Positions 16,156-24,135 of a stretch of DNA of 40,540 bases are shown here, piece by piece. Where the stretch lies: assembly GCA_964637665.1 (NCBI GenBank), contig CAZWUX010000005.1:932-41471 (forward strand), written 5' to 3'. Source of the DNA: an uncultured Anaerolineae bacterium (GTDB taxonomy: Bacteria > Chloroflexota > Anaerolineae > Aggregatilineales > UBA3940). The notes under the pieces are model-generated. The model saw only the letters and a program-made list of their open reading frames with translations. It ran no database searches and was not told where the DNA came from. Numbering within the stretch: position 1 is the stretch's first letter; each line of letters begins with the position of its first letter. The position numbers and the translations under genes were made by a program.

Positions 16156-17544
16156 ATGTTTAAGCTCTCCAGACCCCATAGACACGACGCCCTGCACCGG
16201 GCGCCCCTGTTGATCGCGGCGTTGGCTCTGGCGCTGCTGCTGCCCGCCTGCGACGTGCTGAACCTGCGCCCCGCTTCCCAACCCACCGAAACAACGGAAC
16301 AGCCCACACCCACCGAGTCGTCGCCCACCCTCGAAGCGCCGTCTGCTGCCGAGCCGTCGTTCGACGAGCCCGAAGTGGCAGACGATGGGGATGAGATAGT
16401 CCTCGTCGTGTGGATGCCGGAGGCGCTCAGCCCGGAGCCTGACAGCCCCGCCGAGGAGGAATGGGGCGCACAGATCGCGGCCTTCGAGGAATCACATCCT
16501 GATCTGCAGGTTGAGGTTCACACAAAGCTGACGACCGGCTCCGGCAGCACGCTGGCCTACCTGCGCAGCGCGCCGCCCGTCGCGCCGTCCATTCTGCCCG
16601 ACCTCGCGCTGCTCGATCAGGAATCTATCATCCAGGCGGCGAGTGAGAACCTCGTCGTGCCGATGGAAACGCTGCTCGATCCGGCCATCGTTAACTCCCT
16701 GTACCCGGTGGCGGTCGAGCTTGGTACGGTAGATGACACGCTGGTGGGTGTGCCGTATACGCTCCAGTTCGACCACGTCGTCTACCGCGAGACGCTGTTC
16801 CCGGATCCACCCAACTCGTTCGACGCCGTGCTCGAAAGCCCGGTCCCACTCGTCTTTCCGGCGGGCACGCCCGGCAGCGTCAACCGGACGGTCCTCACGC
16901 AGTACCTCGCAGCGGGCGGGACGCTCTCCGACGCGGACGGTAACCCACATCTCGACGCAGTCGCATTGGCCGAGGTGCTGACCTTTTATGAGGCCGCGCG
17001 CGAGGCCGGGGTCATCGATCCGGCTCTCTTCCAGATCAGCGACCCGGATGATAGCTGGGCCATGTATCTGGGCCGTCAGGCCGGGCTGGCGACGGTCAGC
17101 TCGACGACCTACCTCGCCGGGCGTGACGAGCTTCGTTCGAGCGCGCTGACGTGGATTCCGACCCCGGACGGCGAGCCATTCGCGCTCGTCACCGGCTGGC
17201 TGTGGGTGATCACCACCGGGGACCCCGACCGGCAGGCGGCGGCGATGGCATTGTTCAACTTTTTGATGAACCCGGTGAATCAGGGCGGGTACTCACAGGC
17301 CGTCCACTGGCTGCCTTCGCAGGGCGGGGCGCTGGCCGTGTGGGGCGACGACGACGATTACGTCCCCTTCGCAGATCGGCTGCTCGGCAGCGCTGTTCCA
17401 CTGCCCCAGCCGGGCGTTCGGACTGCGACCGGTACGGCCATTCAGGAGGCGCTCGAAGCAGTGCTGCTGAACGGCGCGGTGCCTATTCAGACGGCCAACG
17501 AGGCCGCCCAGCAGGTCAATCCCACCGGGACCGAAACCCAGTAG
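16156..17544 (+). CDS. Extracellular solute-binding lipoprotein (ABC-transporter family 1 SBP-like)
   Basis: Lipoprotein signal LLIAALALALLLPAC followed by a Thr/Pro/Glu linker and an SBP-like body. GGAGG upstream of the ATG. No permease or ATPase genes are adjacent. Confidence 0.7.
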   Translation: MFKLSRPHRHDALHRAPLLIAALALALLLPACDVLNLRPASQPTETTEQPTPTESSPTLEAPSAAEPSFDEPEVADDGDEIVLVVWMPEALSPEPDSPAEEEWGAQIAAFEESHPDLQVEVHTKLTTGSGSTLAYLRSAPPVAPSILPDLALLDQESIIQAASENLVVPMETLLDPAIVNSLYPVAVELGTVDDTLVGVPYTLQFDHVVYRETLFPDPPNSFDAVLESPVPLVFPAGTPGSVNRTVLTQYLAAGGTLSDADGNPHLDAVALAEVLTFYEAAREAGVIDPALFQISDPDDSWAMYLGRQAGLATVSSTTYLAGRDELRSSALTWIPTPDGEPFALVTGWLWVITTGDPDRQAAAMALFNFLMNPVNQGGYSQAVHWLPSQGGALAVWGDDDDYVPFADRLLGSAVPLPQPGVRTATGTAIQEALEAVLLNGAVPIQTANEAAQQVNPTGTETQ

Positions 17545-17556
17545 GGAGCGGGGGCT

Positions 17557-18891
17557 ATGTCTCGACCGGCAGATGACGCGGCGGGCGCTGCGCCCGTGCC
17601 GCGATACGCGGACAGAGAGCAGCACGTCAGGGCGTTCGTCGACAGCGCGCTGGCGGCGGCGAATCCGGCGCGCGCACTTGAGGCCAACTGGCCCCCGGCC
17701 CTCGACGAGGCCCGCCGCAAAGTCGTCGTCGGCGCGGGCAAGGCAGCGCTCGAAATGGCCCTCAAGCTCGACGAGCTTTGCAAGGGCGATCTGGCTGGCG
17801 GCGCGGTGGCTGTCGTGCCTGAGCGGCTGGAGCGTCTCGCCGATCTGCCTGTCTCGTTTACCGCCTACCCGACTTCTCACCCGCTGCCCGACGAGCGCAA
17901 CGTCGAGGCAGCCCGCTCGATTGCCCGCGTCGCGCGCGAGGCAGGCGAGGGCGATACGCTGATCGCCCTGATCTCCGGCGGCGGATCGGCCATGCTGACC
18001 CTGCCCGCCGATGGCCTGACGCTCGACGACCTGCGCGCCATCACCGACGCGCTCCAGAAGGCGGGCGTGCCCATCAACGATCTGAATACGGTCCGCAAGC
18101 ACTGCGAGCAGCTTAAAGGCGGCGGACTGGCGCGGCTGGCCCACCCGGCGGAGGTATGGGCCTTTATTCTGTCGGATGTCGTCGGCGATCCGCTGGACGT
18201 GATCGCCTCCGGCCCGACGGCCCCCGATCCGACGACCTACGGCGAGGCGCTCGCCGTGCTGGACGCCTACGATCTGCGTGGCGCTTCCCCCGCCGTGACG
18301 AATCATCTGGAGGCGGGCGCGCGCGGCGATCACCCTGAGACCGTCAAACCCGGCGATCCTGTGCTGGATCGTGTCACCAATCGCCTGATCGGCAGCAACC
18401 GGATCGCGCTCAAGGCGGTGAGCGACTACGCCGAATCGTCCGGCTGGCGTATTGCCGGGTTCGAGGTCGGCGTGGAGGGCGAGGCGCGGCTGGTCGGCGC
18501 GCAGCTTGCCATGCTGGCGCACGACATTCACCAGCGCGTCGACCGCCCGGCCTGCTACCTGATGGGTGGCGAGACGACCGTGACCGTTCAGGGCGCTGGC
18601 CGGGGCGGGCGCAATCAGGAGCTTGCGCTGGCGGCTGCCATCGAGCTTGACGGGGCCGAAGGAATTGCCCTCGCCTCGATCGCAACGGACGGCGTGGACG
18701 GCCCGACGGACGCCGCCGGGGCGTTCGTGACCGGCCAAACCTGCGAGCAGGCGCGGGCGCTTGGCCTCGATCCGGGGAATTACCTCGACCGGAACGACAG
18801 CTATCACTTCTTCGAGCAAGTGGGCGGACTGATCAAGCTCGGCCCGACCGGCACGAACGTCAACGACCTGATGATGGCCTTCGTCTATTAA
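17557..18891 (+). CDS. Glycerate 2-kinase / hydroxypyruvate reductase-like protein (DUF4147 + MOFRL family)
   Basis: GAGKAALEMA, ALISGGGSAMLTLP and GGETTVTVQGAGRGGRNQELALAAAIEL are typical of the MOFRL family. Confidence 0.85.
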   Translation: MSRPADDAAGAAPVPRYADREQHVRAFVDSALAAANPARALEANWPPALDEARRKVVVGAGKAALEMALKLDELCKGDLAGGAVAVVPERLERLADLPVSFTAYPTSHPLPDERNVEAARSIARVAREAGEGDTLIALISGGGSAMLTLPADGLTLDDLRAITDALQKAGVPINDLNTVRKHCEQLKGGGLARLAHPAEVWAFILSDVVGDPLDVIASGPTAPDPTTYGEALAVLDAYDLRGASPAVTNHLEAGARGDHPETVKPGDPVLDRVTNRLIGSNRIALKAVSDYAESSGWRIAGFEVGVEGEARLVGAQLAMLAHDIHQRVDRPACYLMGGETTVTVQGAGRGGRNQELALAAAIELDGAEGIALASIATDGVDGPTDAAGAFVTGQTCEQARALGLDPGNYLDRNDSYHFFEQVGGLIKLGPTGTNVNDLMMAFVY

Positions 18892-18893
18892 GT

Positions 18894-18927
18894 GGAAACA
18901 AGAAAGTCCGTTGTCCTTCTTGTTTCC
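18894..18927 (+). terminator. Stem-loop immediately after the glycerate kinase stop (11-bp stem, no U-tract)
   Basis: GGAAACAAGAA (18894-18904) pairs with TTCTTGTTTCC (18917-18927). Confidence 0.4.
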
Positions 18928-19161
18928 TGTTAAGCAGCCCTTTTCTCTAAAAAACAGTTTGTTGGGGCTGCTTAGTTCGACATCTCTCTGGCCGTGTGCT
19001 AACCTAATGTGCCGGACGCCTGCCCATCGCCGCCACAGGGCGGCGTGGGCGCATCGCACGCGGGGTCACGACGCTGTTCTTATATCCTTTATTGCCCGAC
19101 GACGTAATTTGAGTACGGCTATGCTGCTGACCGGCGAATTCATCATTTATCTGGAGGTCAC

Positions 19162-20592
19162 ATGACGATCCGCTTTGGAACGGACGGATGGCGCGCGGTC
19201 ATCTCCGAGACGTTCACCTTTGCCAATCTGCGCCTGCTCGCGCAGGCGATTGCCGACCTGATTCTGGAGGAGAACGACGACGGCGAGCACCACGCCGTCG
19301 TCGGGTTCGATACGCGCTTCCTCTCCGACCGCTACGGGCACGAGGTCGCCCGCGTGCTGGCCGGGAACGGCATCCGCGTGCTGCTCACATCCTCCGATGC
19401 GCCTACGCCCGCCGTCTCGTACACGGTGAAGAACACCGGCGCGGCAGCCGGGGTCATGATCACGGCCAGCCACAACGCGCCGCGCTACAACGGCGTGAAG
19501 CTCAAAGCGGCGTTTGGCGGGGCCGCCCTGCCGGATCAGGGCCGCCGGGTGGAGGTCCACCTGCGCGACAACGAGGAACGGGCGCGCGGCCCCAACCTGA
19601 TCGACTTCACCTTCGCCGAGAATCAGGGCTTGATCGAGCTTTTCAACCCCGCACCCGCCTACTACGCTCACCTGCGCACGCTCGTCGACCTCGACGCGAT
19701 CTGTCAGGCGGACCTCGGCGTGATCCACGATCCGATGTACGGGTCGGGCCGGGGGTACATTAAGGCGCTGCTGGGCGGCGTCGGCTGCCAGGTCCACGAG
19801 GTCCGGGGCGAGATGAATCCCGGCTTCGGCGGCATCCACCCGGAGCCGCTGGGTAAGTACCTCGCCGCGCTGGCCGCCGCGCTCCAGTCCGGGTTCGGGT
19901 CGGTCGGCATCGCGACGGACGGCGACGCGGATCGCATCGGCGCGATGGACGGCACGGGCCGCTTCGTCGATCCGCACCGCATCTTCGCGCTGGTCCTGAA
20001 ATACCTCGTCGAGGAACGCGGGCAGACCGGCTGCGTCGTGCGCACCGTCTCGACGACCCGCATGATCGACCGGCTGTGCCAGCGCTACGGGCTCGATCTG
20101 CACGAGACGCCCGTCGGCTTCAACCACATCGCCGATATCATGCTGACCGAGGACGTGCTGATCGGCGGTGAGGAGTCGGGCGGCATGAGCGTCAAGGGCC
20201 ATATCCCGGAGGGGGACGGCATCCTGATGGGTCTGCTGCTGCTTGAGGTGATCGCCAAATCCGGCAAGCCGCTCGAAGCGCTGGTGGATGAGCTTGAAGC
20301 GGATGTCGGCCCGGCGCACTACGCCCGCACCGATCTGCGCCTCAGCCGTCCGGTGATCAAGGCAGAGATGGTCCGACAGCTTTCTGAGGATGCGCCGGAT
20401 AAGATCGCCGGGGTCGGCGTGGCCGAGGTGTCGACCATCGACGGAGTGAAATACATCATGGCCGACGATAGCTGGCTGTTGATCCGCCCCAGCGGCACCG
20501 AGCCGGTGCTGCGCGTGTACGCCGAGGCGACGAACGAGGCGCTCCGCGCGGGATTACTGGCCTACGGACAGGAGATCGCGGAATCGGTGTAG
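19162..20592 (+). CDS. Phosphoglucomutase/phosphomannomutase family protein
   Basis: Active-site TASHNAPRYNGVK, metal loop DGDADR and sugar loop GGEESGG. GGAGG upstream of the ATG. Confidence 0.9.
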   Translation: MTIRFGTDGWRAVISETFTFANLRLLAQAIADLILEENDDGEHHAVVGFDTRFLSDRYGHEVARVLAGNGIRVLLTSSDAPTPAVSYTVKNTGAAAGVMITASHNAPRYNGVKLKAAFGGAALPDQGRRVEVHLRDNEERARGPNLIDFTFAENQGLIELFNPAPAYYAHLRTLVDLDAICQADLGVIHDPMYGSGRGYIKALLGGVGCQVHEVRGEMNPGFGGIHPEPLGKYLAALAAALQSGFGSVGIATDGDADRIGAMDGTGRFVDPHRIFALVLKYLVEERGQTGCVVRTVSTTRMIDRLCQRYGLDLHETPVGFNHIADIMLTEDVLIGGEESGGMSVKGHIPEGDGILMGLLLLEVIAKSGKPLEALVDELEADVGPAHYARTDLRLSRPVIKAEMVRQLSEDAPDKIAGVGVAEVSTIDGVKYIMADDSWLLIRPSGTEPVLRVYAEATNEALRAGLLAYGQEIAESV

Positions 20593-20614
20593 CAGATTCT
20601 CATCCGGTTTCACA

Positions 20615-20642
20615 CGCTCCGCATTCGTGCGGGGCGTTTTTT
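20615..20642 (+). terminator. Rho-independent terminator of the PGM/PMM gene
   Basis: CGCTCCGCA-ttcg-TGCGGGGCG followed by TTTTTT. Confidence 0.8.
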
Positions 20643-22419
20643 GTATGTGACAATACTTATATAGGAACTAAAAACAATGGTATATAATGAGTCTTAACCC
20701 ATTACCCGGCAGCTTAACAGGTGTACGAAAATGAAGAGCCAGCGCAGCGATACTCAGATTATACATACAAAGTCAGGCCAGCCGCGTTTTGTTATCCATG
20801 TGAGCCACAAGGGACTCAATCAATATCAGGCGATACGTGCAACCAGTCGCTTTGAGGCAGAGCAAAAAGCTCTGGCAAAGATGGCCCAGTGGGATCAAAT
20901 GTGGGAACGTAAGCAGAAGACCGAACAAAAGAAAGAAACCATAGAGAATAAGAAGGAACTAGCCGCGGATCGAACTGAAGCTGCACAAAAGAGTCTTCAT
21001 GACCTGGAGACGCTTCTAGTCGATGGCTTGAACCCACACAACCCGCTTCCCCGCCCGGAAGAACCAAAATTACCTATCGGGCCAGTTCATCCGGCTATTC
21101 CCTCCGAACCCAAGCTCACAGATCCGGCTTACAACGTTGAACTCACATTTGTGCAAAAAGTGCTGGAAGCTCTCATACCTCCCCGGAAAGAATCGAGGGA
21201 AAGCGAGCTGAAGGTTCGCTATGAACGAGATCACGCGAAATGGGCAAAGGAAAGACAGGTGATGCTTTCTGAGTATGAAGCGCGCCTAGCCCAGCAGAAG
21301 AAGCGTGTTCAGCAGTTGAAAGCACAGCATCAGAAAGAGATAGCGGGCTGGGAGAAACTCCTAGAAGACTACCGGGCAGGGAAGTCCAACGCTGTTCTTC
21401 AATATTGTCTGGCCGTGCTGGCTAAGTCGAGCTACCCGACGCAGTTTCCACCGTCCCGCAAACTCCATTACAACGCCAACACAAAAATGCTCGTCATAGA
21501 TTATCAATTTCCCGCGCCGGATGATTTGCCCACCTTGAAGGAAGTAAGGTATATCCAGTCACGAGATGAGTTTGACGAAAAACACATCAGTGATGCCGAG
21601 CTACGAAGAAGATATGACCAGGTCTTATATCAAATAGCGCTCCGTACGCTCTACGAATTATTCAAGCTGGACGATGCCGAAGTTATCGATGCAATTGTCT
21701 TTCACGGATTAGTTGAATCAATCGATCCATCGACGGGACAAGAGGTGTATGCGTGCGTCTTATCTGTGATGACGAAAAAAGATGAGTTCATGCAAATAAA
21801 CTTGGAGAACGTCGATCCCAAGGCGTGCTTCAAGAAACTCAAGGGGGTTGGTAGTTCAAAGCTGCACAGTCTAACCCCAATTGCTCCTGTCTTAGTCTTG
21901 AATAGGGAGGACAAACGCTTTATCGAAGGGTATAAGGTGGTGGATGGCTTGCAAGAGGGCGATAACCTTGCGGCGATGGATTGGGAGGATTTTGAGCACC
22001 TCGTCCGTGAGTTATTCGAGAAAGAGTTTTCAGGACCGAACAGTGAGGTAAAGGTGACTCGTGCCAGCCGTGATGGCGGCATCGACGCCGTCGTGTTCGA
22101 TCCTGATCCCCTGCATGGGGGCAAAGTGGTTATTCAGGCCAAGCGATACACCAATACGGTGGGGGTTTCCGCCGTTAGAGACTTATATGGCTCTGTTATG
22201 AATGAGGGGGCTAACAAGGGCATACTGGTCACGACATCAGATTATGGCCCTGATGCCCATCAGTTTGCAAAGGACAAACCGCTCGTGCTGCTGAGCGGCA
22301 GCAATCTCCTTCATCTACTCCAAAAACATGGGCATAAAGCCTATATTGATCTAAAAGAGGCAAAGTCCATTCTCGCAGAGGATAAATAGCGAGGTTCGTG
22401 TTGCCGAATCACCCCATAA
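20643..22419. other. Low-G+C single-gene islet between convergent housekeeping genes
   Basis: Two 60-nt samples inside it that I counted by hand gave 48 % and 52 % G+C. A 60-nt sample at the 3' end of nfi gave 67 %. AT-rich upstream region carries TGgTATATAAT (20679-20689). Confidence 0.6.
20731..22389 (+). CDS. 552-aa fusion protein: Lys/Glu/Gln-rich coiled-coil-like N-terminus, uncharacterised middle domain, C-terminal Mrr-type (PD-(D/E)xK, Mrr_cat) restriction endonuclease domain
   Basis: The C-terminus DWEDFEHLVRELFEKEF...SRDGGIDAVVFD...KVVIQAKRYTNTVGVSAVRDLYGSV...GILVTTSDYGPDA matches the Mrr catalytic-domain pattern (D ... Q/E-x-K). AGGTG lies 8 nt before the ATG. Confidence 0.8.
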   Translation: MKSQRSDTQIIHTKSGQPRFVIHVSHKGLNQYQAIRATSRFEAEQKALAKMAQWDQMWERKQKTEQKKETIENKKELAADRTEAAQKSLHDLETLLVDGLNPHNPLPRPEEPKLPIGPVHPAIPSEPKLTDPAYNVELTFVQKVLEALIPPRKESRESELKVRYERDHAKWAKERQVMLSEYEARLAQQKKRVQQLKAQHQKEIAGWEKLLEDYRAGKSNAVLQYCLAVLAKSSYPTQFPPSRKLHYNANTKMLVIDYQFPAPDDLPTLKEVRYIQSRDEFDEKHISDAELRRRYDQVLYQIALRTLYELFKLDDAEVIDAIVFHGLVESIDPSTGQEVYACVLSVMTKKDEFMQINLENVDPKACFKKLKGVGSSKLHSLTPIAPVLVLNREDKRFIEGYKVVDGLQEGDNLAAMDWEDFEHLVRELFEKEFSGPNSEVKVTRASRDGGIDAVVFDPDPLHGGKVVIQAKRYTNTVGVSAVRDLYGSVMNEGANKGILVTTSDYGPDAHQFAKDKPLVLLSGSNLLHLLQKHGHKAYIDLKEAKSILAEDK

Positions 22420-23079
22420 CTAAAACGCCCCGGCCAGATTATGCGCGGCGCGGATCGGCTCAGGCAGCCGGTAGCGAGTCGCGCAGCGCAGCACGAGTTC
22501 CCGCGCGGTGTCGAACGTCGCCCGATGCCCCGGCGAGACGAACACCGGCTTGACGTTCGTCCGCGTGCGCAGCACGACGCCCACCTGCTCGCCCCGATCG
22601 ATCAGCGGGGAGAACGATCCCTTCTCCGCACCCGGCTCGACGTACGCGCCCGTCAGGCGCGATTTCGCGCAGCCGACGGTCGGCGCATCCCACCACAGCC
22701 CGATGTGACTCGCTATCCCGATGCGGCGCGGATGGGCGATCCCCTGCCCATCGAAGATGTAAACGTCCGGCTTGCGGTCGAGCTGTGCGTGCGCGGCGAG
22801 GATCACCTCCCCTTCACGGAAACTCAGCAGCCCGCTGATATATGGGAACGGCGTCGGCATCCGCGCGGTGGCCGATTCGACCATCTCCAGGCCGGGGAAG
22901 GTCATCACGACGATGGCCGCCCGGCTGATCCCCCGCTTCACGCTCACGTCGACACCCCCGATGAACTGCACCGCGTCCACGTCAATGGGCGTCGTGATGT
23001 CGACCTGCGCGGCGAGATCTTTTTGAAGATGAATCGCGTCGCGCAGGGTGAGGTTCCAGAGATGCGAGATAGCGGGCAT
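22420..23079 (-). CDS. nfi: Endonuclease V (deoxyinosine 3' endonuclease)
   Basis: LQKDLAAQV..., IGGVDVS, PYISGLLSFREG and IFDGQGIAHPRRIGIASHIGL...TVGCAKSRL are canonical. Confidence 0.9.
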   Translation of the reverse strand: MPAISHLWNLTLRDAIHLQKDLAAQVDITTPIDVDAVQFIGGVDVSVKRGISRAAIVVMTFPGLEMVESATARMPTPFPYISGLLSFREGEVILAAHAQLDRKPDVYIFDGQGIAHPRRIGIASHIGLWWDAPTVGCAKSRLTGAYVEPGAEKGSFSPLIDRGEQVGVVLRTRTNVKPVFVSPGHRATFDTARELVLRCATRYRLPEPIRAAHNLAGAF

Positions 23080-23266
23080 GGAGTGATCCTGTCACTGGCA
23101 CTTGCTGTGATTATAACGTGGCGCGGTCTGGCCGCCGCCGTTCCGTTCTATCGATTTTCAAACCAAAGTCAACCCGTTCGTCTATTGAGCTTTATACCGG
23201 GCACCCCTACACTCAGGGGGTAATTATTACATTATCATCCATCATCGACTCAACGGAGTAACCCTC

Positions 23267-23635
23267 ATGGTCACCAATCGCAAGTTGTTTTTCTCGCTGT
23301 TCGGGCTGCTGAAGCTGCGCAGGCAGCGAGGAAATGAGTGGCGCCGTCTCGTCGACCGTGTGAACGCGCTGCCGGTCGACGCCCCCGAAGTGATCGCCTT
23401 CCGGCTGACGATCGACCGGGTCCGCCGGGCGCAGGGTGAAGATCTGCGCGCGTGCCATGACCCGTTCTGCGCAAACTGTGTTTCTCAGGTTGTGGCGGGC
23501 TTCGAGGGCGATGAGAAAGATCTGCTCGCGCTGTACCATCGCAATCTGGCCGAGGTGAACTTCACGATTCGCACGATGCGCAGGCGCGCCGTCAAGCGCG
23601 AGGCGCGGCCCGCAGCGCTCAGGCGGGTGGCCTGA
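23267..23635 (+). CDS. Hypothetical 122-aa basic protein with a C-H-x3-C-x2-C cluster
   Basis: An ORF with a downstream terminator and a plausible TTGAGC-17-TACACT promoter (23185-23213). Motif ACHDPFCANC (C63, H64, C68, C71). No family recognised. Confidence 0.5.
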   Translation: MVTNRKLFFSLFGLLKLRRQRGNEWRRLVDRVNALPVDAPEVIAFRLTIDRVRRAQGEDLRACHDPFCANCVSQVVAGFEGDEKDLLALYHRNLAEVNFTIRTMRRRAVKREARPAALRRVA

Positions 23636-23660
23636 CCGGCAGAGTCGAAGCGAAACACAG

Positions 23661-23688
23661 AGCGGCTGCTACATGCAGCCGCTTTTTT
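23661..23688 (+). terminator. Rho-independent terminator
   Basis: AGCGGCTGC-tacat-GCAGCCGCT followed by TTTTTT. Confidence 0.7.
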
Positions 23689-23721
23689 GATCCGACAGGA
23701 TGGGTGAGCCGCATTCCGGCG

Positions 23722-24135
23722 TCAGCCGGGCGGCTCGCTGACAGCGGAGGCGTGCCCGCCCAGCGCGATGATCTCATGCAGCTCGTCGACCAGCGCGCTG
23801 AGGTTGAGCGGCTTTTTTAGATAGCGGGTGGCCCCGGCTGCGTAGCCGCGCGCCACGTCGGAGGCCGTCGTGCGGGCGGTGAGCATCAGCACCGGCACGT
23901 CCGCCGTCTCCGGCGTGGCCCGGACGTGCTCGCAGATCTCGAAGCCGCTCATATCGGGCAGCATGAGGTCGATCAGCGCGGCGTCAGGCACGTGGGTGAT
24001 GATCAACTCCAGCCCGATCTTGGCCTGGCTGGCGACCAGCGCCTTGAAGCCCTTCATTTCGAGGTATTTCTCAAGCAGACGGACGGTCGCTGTCTCGTCG
24101 TCGATGATCACGATCAGGGGTTTTTCTTCCGCCAT
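23722..24135 (-). CDS. Single-domain response regulator (CheY-like receiver)
   Basis: IVIIDDE (acidic pocket), phospho-acceptor context ALIDLMLPDMSG, LMLTAR and YLKKP. Confidence 0.9.
   Translation of the reverse strand: MAEEKPLIVIIDDETATVRLLEKYLEMKGFKALVASQAKIGLELIITHVPDAALIDLMLPDMSGFEICEHVRATPETADVPVLMLTARTTASDVARGYAAGATRYLKKPLNLSALVDELHEIIALGGHASAVSEPPG

Noticed and set aside
16156-17544. An orphan solute-binding protein with no adjacent permease or ATPase genes.
   Set aside because: Orphan SBPs are common. Nothing else is unusual in the sequence.
18960-18990. A GTTCGA T-loop-like string that suggested a tRNA in the 18892-19161 spacer.
   Set aside because: No flanking 5-bp T-stem, acceptor stem or anticodon arm could be drawn. 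I found no tRNA-like cloverleaf here or elsewhere in the window.
20643-22419. Whether the low-G+C islet is a mobile element (IS, transposon or prophage remnant).
   Set aside because: There is no transposase, integrase or tRNA target. There are no terminal inverted repeats longer than the 11-mer noted above, and I could find no direct target-site duplication. I call it only a compositional islet.
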